From contig NC_043014.1 of NCBI RefSeq assembly GCF_006345805.1, positions 27,652,001 through 27,716,000 on the forward strand: a stretch of DNA of 64,000 nt, read 5' to 3'. Positions 13,105 through 25,189 of this stretch are shown here, in pieces (the first letter of the stretch is position 1; each line of letters starts with the position of its first letter). The notes below the pieces were generated by a model. That model was not told the DNA's origin. It saw nothing but the letters and a program-made list of their open reading frames with translations, and ran no database searches. This stretch comes from Octopus sinensis. Lineage: Eukaryota. The position numbers were made by a program, and so were the translations under genes.

Positions 13105-14313
13105 TTGGGTCATCCCATAAATAATGTGGATCTTTTTATACTTCTTTTATTTTTCTACAATGGTCTGGTAGACTTGTAAGACCCCTCTTCCAAAATTCAC
13201 TTGTCCAAGACAAAAAATACTCCTCCAGTACTGTTCTGACTTCATCTACAGATTTCATATTTTCCAACCAAATGATTTTGAAGACTGCGGAATAAATTAT
13301 AATTAGATGGGGCAATGTCTGGCAAATATGGTGGGTGGGGCATCATTTCTCATTAAAACTGTTCCAGCCTTTGGAATGTCATCCTCACTGCATGTGGCCA
13401 AGCATTATCCTGATGGAAGAACACTTTTCGTTTTAAAACTAAGGATGGTTATTTTCCTTCTAGCGCTGACTTAAGCCACTCAAGCTGCTTGCAGTAGATA
13501 TCCTTTGTTATTGTTTGGTTTGGGTTTAACAGTTCAAAGTGGACTAAACTTTTCATATCCCACCAAACAGATAACAACACCTTATGTGGGCGAAGATCTT
13601 CTTTAACCTGGGATGCCACTGTTTCTCTTTTCCCTGCCCACTGCCTTTGGTGCTTGACATTTTTACAGAGAATCCATTTCTCATCACCAGTCGCTATTCG
13701 GTCCAAAAAAGTTTCATTCATGAGATATGACAGCAAAGAAGATGACACATTCACTCTCTGCACATGATTACACTTGGAAAGTTTATGAGGAACCCATTGA
13801 CCCAATTTACTGACTTTTCTGATGGCATGCAGGTGTCGATGAATGATTGAATGACCAAATCAAAGCTTCTCTGCTAGTTCCTCAACAGTTACAATGGGAT
13901 TTTGTTCCAGCAGGGTTTGCAGGACATCCTCATTGAGCTCTACAGATCTTCCATGATGTGGCTCATCTTCTAGGCTGTAGATTCTGGCTCGGAATTTCTA
14001 GAACCACTGTTGACATTGGCATATGCTTATTGTCTGATCCCCATATACTGCATTAATATATCTTGCACTTTCCATTGCAATGTTGCTTTTATGGGAAAAT
14101 ATGCTGAATATGCTCCTTTGTCACTTCCATTATAGGTTTGAAGAAATAACTGTTAAAAGTGAACTGCGCTCTTCAAGACATGCACTAAGAATAAAAACAA
14201 GGTGAAATTACTACCTGCTTTTATAACAAGTTGATGCAGGTAGTTTATCCTATCATCCTCTGACTTTTAGTTCCTGCAATTGAAAAAACTGCATTATTTA
14301 TGGGATGACCCTA

Positions 14314-14314
<1 letters not shown>
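13105..14314 (-). mobile_element. Decayed full-length mariner with TIRs
   Basis: TIRs TTGGGTCATCCCATAAATAATG and CATTATTTATGGGATGACCCTAA sit in TA context. ORF 13449-13805 has WVPHKL, FLDRIATGDEKW and KVLLSVWWD. Same family as 32603-33858. Confidence 0.92.
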
Positions 14315-14345
<31 letters not shown>

Positions 14346-15519
14346 TATATATATATACAGAACTGGACATTAATCCATTAATCATTAATTAATGAAGTTA
14401 ACATTTTTGTTACCAATTTAAATTTTAAGCTAACTTTGAAAATCATTATCGGACTAATTAACTTACGTTACATTTAGCTTCCATTAACTCAGGTCCAGTA
14501 ACCCCAAAATTTCATAAAAACTGGTAAGCACTTTAATGTTTCTATTGTTTTCAGATTGTCTTAGCATATTTAATATTGTACATATCATTCTTTCAACTTC
14601 AATATAATGCCACTCATTATTATAAATAACTTGTAGGACCACATTTGGCCCTGCCTGGTATTAGATATTTACCAAAAAGAATAAAATCTTGCACTGATTA
14701 TACCTGTATTTTAATTAATTTAAATTAATGTACCTCATCTTGAAAAGTGGCAAAATTTTTGTTGGTTGCTGTCTGGAATGATTTTAGTAATAAATCAAAC
14801 AGGTAAGATGCGTTAAGAATTTCAATTTTAATGTTTATCCATGATGTTATTGCTTTTACACCTGTTAATTTAATTTACCTGCTCATAATAGTCAAATTTA
14901 CCCAGCAAGATCAGCTAAAATTACATAACTATAAATAGTGGGATATGAAGCACCCACTGACAAAATTTCAAATCTGTATGTAAAAATTTACAACGTTACA
15001 AGTAGATGTTGTGGATAACCTCTTGAACCTGAATAATTCAAAATAATGTGAAAAAATAAGCATTACATTCGACAGATTAGTATAAACACTAAAGATGTTT
15101 TTAGGTGTTTTTTTTTCTCACACACACTCATAACACGGCCTTGCTCAGTTGGGACTACATGTGTGTTACTCTGACATCATAATTCCATGAAATTTGTCTA
15201 TGAGGAGCAAAATATCAATAGATGTGTGAGTGAGAAAGGAATGAGGAGGGCAGTTTTGGGAAGTGCTAGAAACAACAGCCAGATCTCCCTTAAATCACAC
15301 ATTTTCCTTTGAAATTATTAGCAATATTTTTTTAAAACCAAAAATATTTCTATCACAGGTTTTAAGCACATAGTGAAAAAAAAGAAAAGGTCTAAATCGT
15401 TTCAGTCAGAGGTGATGAGGGGGTGGCAGGAGTGAAAACAAATTTTCAAAATTTTATTGTTTTTTCTGTGAAAAGATGCCTCCCATCATTTTGAAGACTT
15501 TGGAAAAAATTCCCAATAA

Positions 15520-15705
15520 GTGTGACACAGAATGTGACAAAGCTGGCCTCTTGAGATACAGGTATTTCTCATTTTTGCCAGCTGACTTGACTGGAGCTAC
15601 ATGAAATAAAGTGTCTCACTCAAAAACACAATGCACTGCCAGGTATCGAACTCTTTACCTTACGATCATGAGCCAAATACTTCTAACCACTAAGTCATGT
15701 ACTTT
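15520..15705 (-). mobile_element. tRNA-derived SINE 5' portion
   Basis: Homologous to 8190-8370 (GTGTGACAA.GCTGGCC...CATTTTTGCCAGCT...ACGATCATGAGCC.AAT...AACCACTAAG). Confidence 0.7.
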
Positions 15706-16599
15706 CACAGTTGCTATAACAACTAGATTATTCATTGCTGGAAATGACAAAATATTCATTTACTTTACTGACTTTTTAAAGTTTCTGAATTCATCCTGTA
15801 AAGAAGGTTCTTGTTCCAAAATTGGAGTGCCTACAAAACTAATGGTTTTAGCCCCTTATTTGAAGCAAAATATATAAATAAGAGTTGAAACGAATCATTC
15901 CCATTAGAATATAGATAGAAATGACTTTATAGAATCTTATGCCTTTTCACTCTTCCACTGACAAATGGATTTGTGTTATATACATTACAACAGCAGTTCC
16001 CAACCCACTAATTTTGAAAGAATTGCAAAGATGTTCATAAATATGTTATACAATAAACCATTGGTCAGCATAAGAGCTACATCACAAAACTTAGTCTAAA
16101 AAAAAATTGAAGAATATTTCCCCATGAAAAATAATTTTTAATTCAGATGTTAATTTTTTGAAAATTGCTTTTATTTAAGTATTAAAAAATAGGTCACAGT
16201 TGATTATCTTTTTGCCACAGTCAGTTGCACTGGTTTAAATTTGAGAACCAACATGTTATATGGTAATTTTCTTTGCCTGAAACTTTGCAAATATTTCATA
16301 TTTATAGTATTTAGTATTGAAACAATTAAATATTTAGTAAAATAATTAAGTGCACCAATGATTACAGATATGAATGTTCATTTGCAATTAAAATATAAAA
16401 GTAGCAGGTTTTCTTTCTTGATAGTATTGAGTGGAATATTTTAATGGCTTGGCAGCAGACTAACTCCCACAACAACTTATGGATGGTAGTTTTGAAAAAT
16501 TGACAGGAGTGGGAAAAGCCATCTAGTTGGTTGAGAAAGTGAAGTTTTTTCCCCAAGCATTATAGGCAATATTCTTTACCTGCAATACAGGTATATATA

Positions 16600-17310
16600 A
16601 ATTGTTTGAGAGCTTTGAGGTTATGAGTCTGGTTATGTGAGGAATATGAAGGAACATGCTTCAGAGAACAGTTTCAGCTTAGTTATCTAAGATGTGTCTA
16701 ATTGATAGACATATTCTGTCTGTGACAGAATAAAACTATAGGAGCTTCAACCATTTAACTGACTTGAAATGTCTTAGAGCCTAGGAAGTAATGGAATGGC
16801 AAAGTATGTGTATGTGTGTTAAGTGAAAATGTTGTGCCCATGACCTTCATAAGTCTGCTGAGATTGATGAAATCAAACAGTTTATGTTCAGCTTGTACAG
16901 TACTAAGTTGAAATCTACAGGATGTTGGAGTGGATAGGAATTCTAGAGTCTGAGAAGGAAGGATTAGGTATAATCTTCAGTGCAGGATACTGAGAAATAA
17001 GATGAGGACAAAACAGGAGGAGAAGTAGAATCCAATGTAGAATAGATAGTTAGAAGGAAGAGACCTGTTTGTAGACCAAAAGTTGTTGTATGTTGGTGAT
17101 TCTTTCGTAATCAGTTAGATGCAATCCAAAATATTTGTGTGCACAGCAGTAGCACTGAGCTAGATTTTGTAGAGGGTCAGTAATTGATAAGAACTGGGAT
17201 AAGAACTTTAAACTGAGTGCCCTACACTTTATCCATTTGGTTATTGCAGTATCTCAAACATAGTAAACAGCTTGGTACAAAAGTTGTTCTGGAATAGCTG
17301 TTCTTAGAAA
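16600..17310 (-). mobile_element. Probable very old LINE (CR1/L2-like) relic
   Basis: Composition and strand bias resemble a decayed endonuclease region. No intact motif could be read. Confidence 0.3.
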
Positions 17311-17688
17311 TTCTGCTTCTCATGGGAAAGGGAAAGGGAAGGGGAAAATGTATAAAAAAAGTTTTGAAGAAAAAATATTTATTAATGGAATTTCCATTAT
17401 ATAAAATACAAAATTACATTAAAAAATGAAAGTAAACAACTACAGGATTTTGAGAGACAGCTATTCGGAAATCCCATAATTATTCTTTTGGCTCACATAA
17501 ATTATTACCTTAAACATAATACCCAGTTGTCCATATTTTGATTTCTGAAAGTAATAATGCCACGTCAGTTTTAAGTAGTCTTGTAGAGCAATTTATGGAC
17601 AAAAAAGTGTTATCTTTAGAGAATAAGATCAATTGAGGAAAATAATAACTTCTCGAAGGAAGGTGGGGTGAATCTTGTTCATAATAGT

Positions 17689-17967
17689 GGTACTACTTAA
17701 GAACAGTGGTCCCGGTGCGCGCACTCGCGTAGTCGCGTTAGCTGGTCGTGACTAGTCGATCCTACAACGACTACCTAGCAAAGTAAATAAAACACAAAAT
17801 AAATAATTTTTGTTAAACAAAGTAAATAAAACACAAAAACACAAAGTAAATAATTTTTAAACAAAGTACATAACACACAAAAACACTAAGTAACGATCGA
17901 CTAGTCATGACTAGCTAGCGCGGATGCGCGAGTGCGCGCACCGGGACCACTGTTCTCAAATAGTACT
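17689..17967. mobile_element. CpG-rich foldback element (~279 bp) with ~72-bp TIRs and a 9-10-bp TSD (Mutator-like MITE)
   Basis: Left GTACTACTTAAGAACAGTGGTCCCGGTGCGCGCACTCGCG...GACTAGTCGATC; right (rc) GTACTATTTGAGAACAGTGGTCCCGGTGCGCGCACTCGCG...GACTAGTCGATC. The flanking direct repeat TCATAATAGT is at 17679-17688 and 17967-17976. Confidence 0.88.
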
Positions 17968-18402
17968 CATAATAGTCTAATTAGTGATTTTGGATAGGCT
18001 CAAAACCTCGAATTAGAGGGATTAACTGGATCCTAGTTCAAGACCTGTTTTGTAGAACTTGAAAGAATGCAAAGCATGTCGGACACGGAATATAAAGGGA
18101 CGTAACTAAATACCGCAAGTCTTCCACTGATCCACTATCATGATGATTGCTAAACAGACTTTAATTAATGTTGAGGCAAACTTAATTGTATACACTATAG
18201 AGATTTAATTAGATAATGCTGACAACAAACTTAATATACTGTCACTATTCTTTCTTAAAAAGTTTCCTTTTCAGAAGCCCATAAAAAAAATCTTTGCCTT
18301 CCAATTATTCCCCTTCTTTGGAATCGCTTATGGATAACGTCTAATAACGAAAGATAGAAATGAGACCGTCTTGCTGCTCTTGGTGGAGGAAGAGTTACTT
18401 AC

Positions 18403-18530
18403 CCTTGAATAACTCTTCCATGTGGAAAAAACATTTCACTAAATGTTATTGACCCGCCAGAAAAAATTATTTTTTTTTTGCTCTTCGGGATATTCCTTAT
18501 TCTACGGCAGCTGAAATATCTAAGGAAAAT
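18403..18530 (-). other. Candidate exon (128 nt)
   Basis: Acceptor TTACTTACAG| and donor AAGG|GTAAGTAA. It ends in ATG GAA GAG TTA TTC AAG G (MEELFK). No transcript evidence. Confidence 0.3.
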
Positions 18531-19032
18531 CTGTAAGTAATAATTGGATGGTTAATGTGTTGCTAATATAATTGCACAAGTCCCGATCATTTAGAAGCTG
18601 CTGTTTGTATAAAAATTTGTTTTTCCTCCAACACGCTCCGAAACAATCGACGACCGGAGTAATAATTGTAATTAAATATGCGTCCATGTGTAAAAGAGTA
18701 AACACCATCTCCACTGCTTTAGATATCTTCACTTACCATTAGATATTTCAATCACGTACAATTCATACACTGAGAGTATGTGTGTTTATGTTTATGTAGT
18801 ATTGTGCAAACTCCAATCAATGCAATATTTCCCTCCAACGTTTTGCTATGTTTAGGGCTAATATATGAGGAAGAAACCTCAGAAGAGCACCACCACCCAG
18901 CGCAGGCAACTTTGACATCCACCTTTTCACAGAACGCCAACACAGCCTGGTGTTAGGTGGTGGTGGGGGGCAGTGGATTGGAATACAAAACTCTCTTCCT
19001 TTCTCATTCTCTCTTTTTCACTGTCTCTCCAG

Positions 19033-19063
19033 ATCTTCCAACATGATCGTTTTTTTTTAAACT
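19033..19063 (+). other. Candidate non-coding mini-exon (31 nt)
   Basis: Long pyrimidine tract ending CTGTCTCTCCAG| and donor CT|GTAAGT. Confidence 0.3.
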
Positions 19064-19239
19064 GTAAGTAATAAAAAGCATGGAAAAACAAACAGTCAAC
19101 AATAAACTGACGTCTATCTTTTAATCATGTTTTTAGGGCATGAGGGATATTTTCTTCCAGTTTCTGTCGATTTCTTTTTCACTCTGGCGAATTTGTGCTG
19201 GGTTTTTCTTTTCCTTTTTTGTTTATTATATTTTCATAG

Positions 19240-19275
19240 ATCCATTGTGTTATCGAAATAAGAACTTATTTGAAG
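19240..19275 (+). other. Candidate non-coding mini-exon (36 nt)
   Basis: T-rich tract ending TTTTCATAG| and donor GAAG|GTAATA. Confidence 0.3.
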
Positions 19276-19419
19276 GTAATAATCATAATGTTTTTTTTTT
19301 TTACAATATTTTGCACAATAATAGTTATACTATATCGATCGTTTTAAACGTCTATAACCCCGAAAAGGGTGTGTGTATGTATATATCTATCCGTATGTGC
19401 TCCGATCAACTCTCTTTCT

Positions 19420-19423
19420 ACCT

Positions 19424-19490
<67 letters not shown>

Positions 19491-19748
19491 AGTATATATA
19501 TATATGTATATATATATACATATATATATATACATATATATATGTATATATATATTTGTATATATATGCATATACATGTGCTTATATATGTATATATATG
19601 TATGTTTGTATATATATATATGTATGTATATATATATATGTATGTATATATATGTATATATATGTATGTATATATATATATGGATGTATATATACATACA
19701 TATGTGCATGTATATATGTCTATGTGTGTGTATATATATATATATGCT

Positions 19749-19787
<39 letters not shown>

Positions 19788-19891
19788 TTGTATATATATT
19801 TGTATATAATGTTTATATGTATATATGTGCTTGTATATATAAATATTTGTATGTACATTGTGTATATGAATATATGTTTGTATATGTATAT

Positions 19892-19938
<47 letters not shown>

Positions 19939-19993
19939 AGTATGTATACATATGTATATCTCTTGTATGTATATATATTGTGTTGTATGTATG

Positions 19994-20050
<57 letters not shown>
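19420..20050. repeat. Compound (TA)n/(TATG)n microsatellite
   Basis: Seen directly. It explains the I/Y-rich ORFs in the track. Confidence 0.97.
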
Positions 20051-20051
<1 letters not shown>

Positions 20052-20362
20052 GTTTGATTGCATCTCTTTGTATTTTATACATATTTGGCAGGTAACCATA
20101 TACGTATGTGTATAGTATTACTTCCCAGGTGTATGTATATTAGCATATTTATTATGTATTTGTAAATTGTATCTCAAATATATTCTATCTATATTGTTTG
20201 AGTGAGTGTATATATGCAACCTGAGTTTACTTTAGGGATCTAAAGCGTTTTGACCAGAAACTCTTGGTCCTGAAATAACTCAATAATTGAGCTTTTTCTT
20301 CCGTTTGTAAAATTGTTTCTACCAAAGTGTACTTAGACGTTAGTGTGTGTGTATACACACAC

Positions 20363-20408
<46 letters not shown>

Positions 20409-21295
20409 CTTGTCTTGTGTTTCTATACGCTCATGATATATGTATACTTACCAGCGTGAGTATGTGTGTATGTATACATATATACACACACACATACACA
20501 GACACAATTTCGCCATTACTTTGCAACTTGTGGTCTGTCTATTTGATATTCCCTGCCAAGCTGCTGTTTTGTTGTGATTTATCGTGATATTGCTCCTATT
20601 TCTGTTAGTTTCTCCATTAACTACACTTTCACCACCACTATTACGTTATAGTCGTCTACCCGATATAATATAACCACTCCTCTTACAGTCACGGCTTCAT
20701 TAATTCCACCCGTCTCCTCGTAAACATTTCTTATACATTTCTTACTGTTTTTTTTTTTTTTACATTCTCTCTTATAATAAAACTTCATCTATAATTGCAT
20801 TCCACTGGCAGTGTAACACATGTTTGGGAATTTTAAAATATAATCATTTGTGTGCGATTGTATCCGGAGCGGACTATATTTAATTAGTTTAATATCTCTT
20901 TTTTTATTATTATTATGAACGATTTCAGCAATATCCATTATTGGCAGTGTGCACCCCTACTAAATTATAGTTGTTTAGCTTCAAGTCAGCCCTGAATGAG
21001 CTTATATAATATCAAAACCGTTCCAGCCATGACTATCCCCTCTTTTTAGAGGTATCTAACATGATATGATTTAGCTCTTATTTCTAGCATGTTGGGCTTT
21101 CTCGTTATCGCATACAAATCCAGAGCTACTCAGTAATAATGTACTGTCATTAAACTAGCCTTTTACATTCTCCTCCAGTTGTTGGCTTGCTGTTATTATC
21201 TATCTAGATATTTATCTATAAGGATAGCAATCCGTATAGATTCACACTCACGGAACTAGTTTGTTTCCCTATGATTATGTATGTATGTATGTGTA

Positions 21296-21343
<48 letters not shown>

Positions 21344-22689
21344 CATGGGGTGGGCAGCTTTTCTTTAAACACGTTATTTTGAAGACGAGTCCGTTCTAGT
21401 TTAATCTATAATTAATAAGTGATATTTCATATTTCTGCATTTTTTGAAGTCTCTTCTATTTAGTTTGGAACAATAACGAATCGACTAATTTGATAAGGCA
21501 AACTTAGTCTCAGGATAATTCGAACTTACGACGGATAGGGACTACATGAAGTAACTGAGTTGCTTTTGGTTGGTCGCTCTGCCTCAGCCATCTCCGTTAT
21601 TGCTTTTTATACAATGGTTAGTGGTAATAAATATAGCACTAACTAGTAGTAATAGTGATGGTTGTTTGTATTTGAGGTTTTTAGAAGTGAATACGAGTTG
21701 TGTTGTTCGAACATACTCCGTTATTTGTTTATTTACTTTTATTGCTTATTTTTTTCGTAGTCGTTTTTCTTTATGTCAACTTAAGGCCTTAGAGTTAGTG
21801 TTGAGGCGGAAATATAAAACTATTGAAGATTGGCAAAATGAAACGGAGAAACTAGTCAAGCTTCTGCTTACATACACTACACCCACACCTCTCATATATC
21901 TCCATCTTTCAGTCTCTCTCTCTCTATCTAGATAGATAGAGAGATAGATAGATAGGCAGATAGTTGAAAGCAGTTTGAACTCCAGCCTCTCCTGTTGTCA
22001 GCGTGGTTCCTGGTGTCCACTTGCAATCCGAAATATTTGTGTTAGTGTGTGTTTGCCTCCGTCATTCTTTTATTTGGTCAAATAAAGCGGCTTATTCACG
22101 CCGTAAAATATCAAAGGGTGGATCAATCTCCTTTCTATGGAGACCTTACGCATACACTCACCTGTATTTGCTTGTATGGATATTTGCTTATAAATCTGCC
22201 GATTTGTTACTTATTTCAGAATTATTAATAATTCGTTAATATAAGGAAAGAAGTTTTTCTCTTCTTACACATACTGTACCTTGTTTTTAGTATTGTTATG
22301 ACATCTACACACACATACAAACACACGTCTCCCTCCGATCAAATAAGTTATAAGATTACCAGTCACACAAAGTTATCCCAAAGCCCGAAAGTAGTTAAGT
22401 GCCAACAATAAAAATGAGACTACTTGATTTTGGGAGTGTTTGTTCAACATCATAATTTTCCCCGCTTCTCTATACCTCTCCTAACAAATGAGCAGAAATG
22501 AAACGTATTCATTTTTCTTTCTTTTGAATAATACCAATTTATTACGAACACACTCGCTCACTCTTCCCACACACTCACTCATTCACTCACATATTCGCAG
22601 GCGCAAACACATAACCTGTCTCAAGCTTAAAAGCTCAATTGGCTGGAGCATATTCAAAATCTGAAACAGATAAGGATCTGGGAATATAT

Positions 22690-23110
22690 ATCATCATCAT
22701 CTGTCTATTTTTCCATGCTTACATGGATTAAACATGTTTTATTTAGCGCAATGTCTCATCACACTTTGGCAGTCCTTTGTCATTGCATTCCTGTTGTTTA
22801 GCCTCAAGAGATCTGCTTCCATCATCTCGTCCCATATTTTCTTTGATCTTCCTCTGCTACTGGTTCCTTCCGCTTGAATTGCTTGGCACTTCTTTACCGA
22901 ACCTATAATACTGTATATGCATCACATGTCCGTATCATCTTAAACTTTCATCTGCCACATTACATCTGATTTCTCTTGCACCTACCTTTTATTTAAACTT
23001 GTTTCTGCCCCATTGTTTACATATAGCATTACACATCAAGCAGAGCATACCCACTCAAATTCAGTGGCCCATTTTTCACTACTATGCAATCTGCCCTTCA
23101 TTTTTGGAGT
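22690..23110 (-). mobile_element. Decayed RTE-LINE 3' end
   Basis: (CAT)n tail followed by sequence similar to 25720-25900 (CATCACAT..GACCATA..., TTCAAATTCAGTGG). Confidence 0.55.
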
Positions 23111-23756
23111 GTTAATAACATCTGAATGTTTACTACCCCATTCTTATTCTGTTTGTGTTTTTAGAATATTCTTTCCAGTATTAATTAGGACACCTAGGTA
23201 TCAGAAGTAATCAACTAATTATACACAGCCCTCCAAACATTTGGAAGCATTTAATTTGAGTTTATGAGCTCTTATAATTACTCCAAGATATCTGCAATAT
23301 ATGAAGTCTTCATTGTCAGCCTGCTTGTGATCTCAGTGCATTCTTTTTGCTAACAATATACATTAAATAGACCACATGTCATTAGTACCAACTCTTTTTC
23401 TGTACTTTGGGCATAACCACTTGCTAGATTGTGGAAAAACCATGTCTTTCTTCTATATTATTATTTTATGGTTGTTTTTCCATGTAGGCATGAGTTGAGC
23501 TGATTATCATGGTCTGTGTCATTTTGCACACTCAGCAACAGGGAAAACTGACCCAATTTGGTATTGTGCATGTCTTTACACATATATGGTATATACCATT
23601 ATTGTGCTATCAGAATAGGCGAGGTTGTCTTATGCCAGAAGAACTAAAGAGTTTTCTCTATTATCTCTTATTGATTGGTAGCTTAAGATGCAGGTTGCAG
23701 TGTCTATATCTCATATTTATATCAGTGTATGTATATATGAGTGTGTGTCTGTCTGT

Positions 23757-24430
23757 GTGCAATGGGTAAATTGTTGCCATTTCATATTTTTAATTTTATG
23801 CATGTGCATTGTTTGTTTTGGATTTTGTTGACTACACAGGATAGTATGGTCAGTTGGGCACCGTCTGTGAGAAACAATACCATCACACAATTCACTCTGC
23901 CAGAAATTTGGAAATGACATGCTGTACCGCTTGGCATTTATAGCAGAAGCTCCAGTATAAACATTTCAGAGTGTTTGGGTGTCAATCCAAGGACAGTGCA
24001 ATCTGAGGACATGTACCGAGAGTGATGAAAATCAAACATCTAGTCAGCATCACGGTGTTTGGAGTGATCATTAGTGATGGTGACGTTATGTCTCCAGTCA
24101 TCTTCCCACACGACCTCAGACTTGACATGGAGGCCTACATCAAGTGCCTGGAGGAGGTAGTGCTGCCCTGGGTCAAAAGGGTGGCTGCTGGAAGACCCTA
24201 TGTCTGGTAATAGGACACTGCACCATGCCACACAAGCAGGAGAACCCAGTCATGGCTGTCAGACAATTTCTGAAACGACATCACCCCTAACATCTGGCCA
24301 CCTAGCTCCCCACACTGCCAACCCCCTTGATTATGTGTGGGGCGCAGTTGAATGGGAGACCAACAAAACTCTTTGTAACACCAAAGATGAACTGAAGGTA
24401 AGGATTATGGCAGCAATCTCCAACTTAAAC
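23757..24430 (+). mobile_element. Internally deleted maT (DD37D) transposon
   Basis: TIR-like GCAATGGGTAAATTGTTGCC. The decayed frame reads QDTAPCHTSRRTQSWL...WPPSSP(D)CNPLDYVW, with 37 residues between the second and third catalytic D after correcting one frameshift. Confidence 0.85.
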
Positions 24431-25189
24431 AGAAGGGCTGCAGGTAATCCAAATTGGTGAAATTTCAACTGAATATCTGAAAAAGTTTTATATAAGGTTA
24501 AATCCTATATAAGGTTTAATATAATAAATAAATAGGTATTTATTTGTAATTTTTATTCTTTAGTTATCCAGCAAAGTCATAAGTAATTGTATATATTATT
24601 GATTATAATAATTTTTCAATTATTATAAGGTTAATTCCTATAAAATGTTTTAATATATTAAATAAATATGTAATTTAATCATTGCAACATAAAGTATCTA
24701 AGTTTCTATTAAGCATAACATAGAAATATTATCTGTAGTTTTTATTCTTTAGTTACTCAGTGACATCATCAATAATTGTATGTATAAAAATACTCATTTT
24801 TTAGGTTATTTTTTAGATTATGTTCCTATGTAGATTTCAAATTGTTCAAAAATATAGAATTAGTATGGTATTTTTATCTTTCATTTGGATTTCATCATTT
24901 GTGACTTCACTGAAGTCTCCAATAATTGAATGTATTTTCTTAAATACATTTATTTTTATTTCTGGTTTTATTATTATTATTATTATAAAGTAAATTAAAT
25001 GACGTTGATATTGGTTGAATGAATGTCTTAGGTTGAATTTGATAAGGGCGTTTCTTTTTGTTAGCACTTATTAACTGCTAAAATTTTTTCTGATGTTCAG
25101 TTGGAATTTCACCAATTTGGATTACTTTGATAATGTGTTGACATATATTTTCGAAGATATCATTATTAATTTTAATAATATTGATATAT

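Larger units (their letters stand above)
17640..22650. promoter_or_regulatory. CpG-retaining, transposon-poor domain; candidate promoter/5'-exon region
   Basis: By eye CG dinucleotides are much more frequent than in the flanking TE relics. Consensus splice signals cluster here on both strands. Not computed. Confidence 0.4.

Noticed and set aside
14484-14772. Possible minus-strand coding exon pair (14734-14772 and from 14654) reading TATNKNFATFQDE|AGPNVVLQVIYNNEWHYIEVERM...
   Set aside because: The phases are compatible and AG/GT are present, but I recognise no protein, the frame stops after ~57 codons, and it does not phase with the candidate exon at 18403-18530. It could be chance without RNA data.
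19140-20099. Long ORFs (up to 305 aa) rich in I/Y/M/C/V/H, and similar ones at 2060-2507, 3663-3962, 39663-41246 and 62127-63042
   Set aside because: They are translations of (TA)n, (TATG)n, (TAGA)n and (CA)n microsatellites, which lack stops in some frames.
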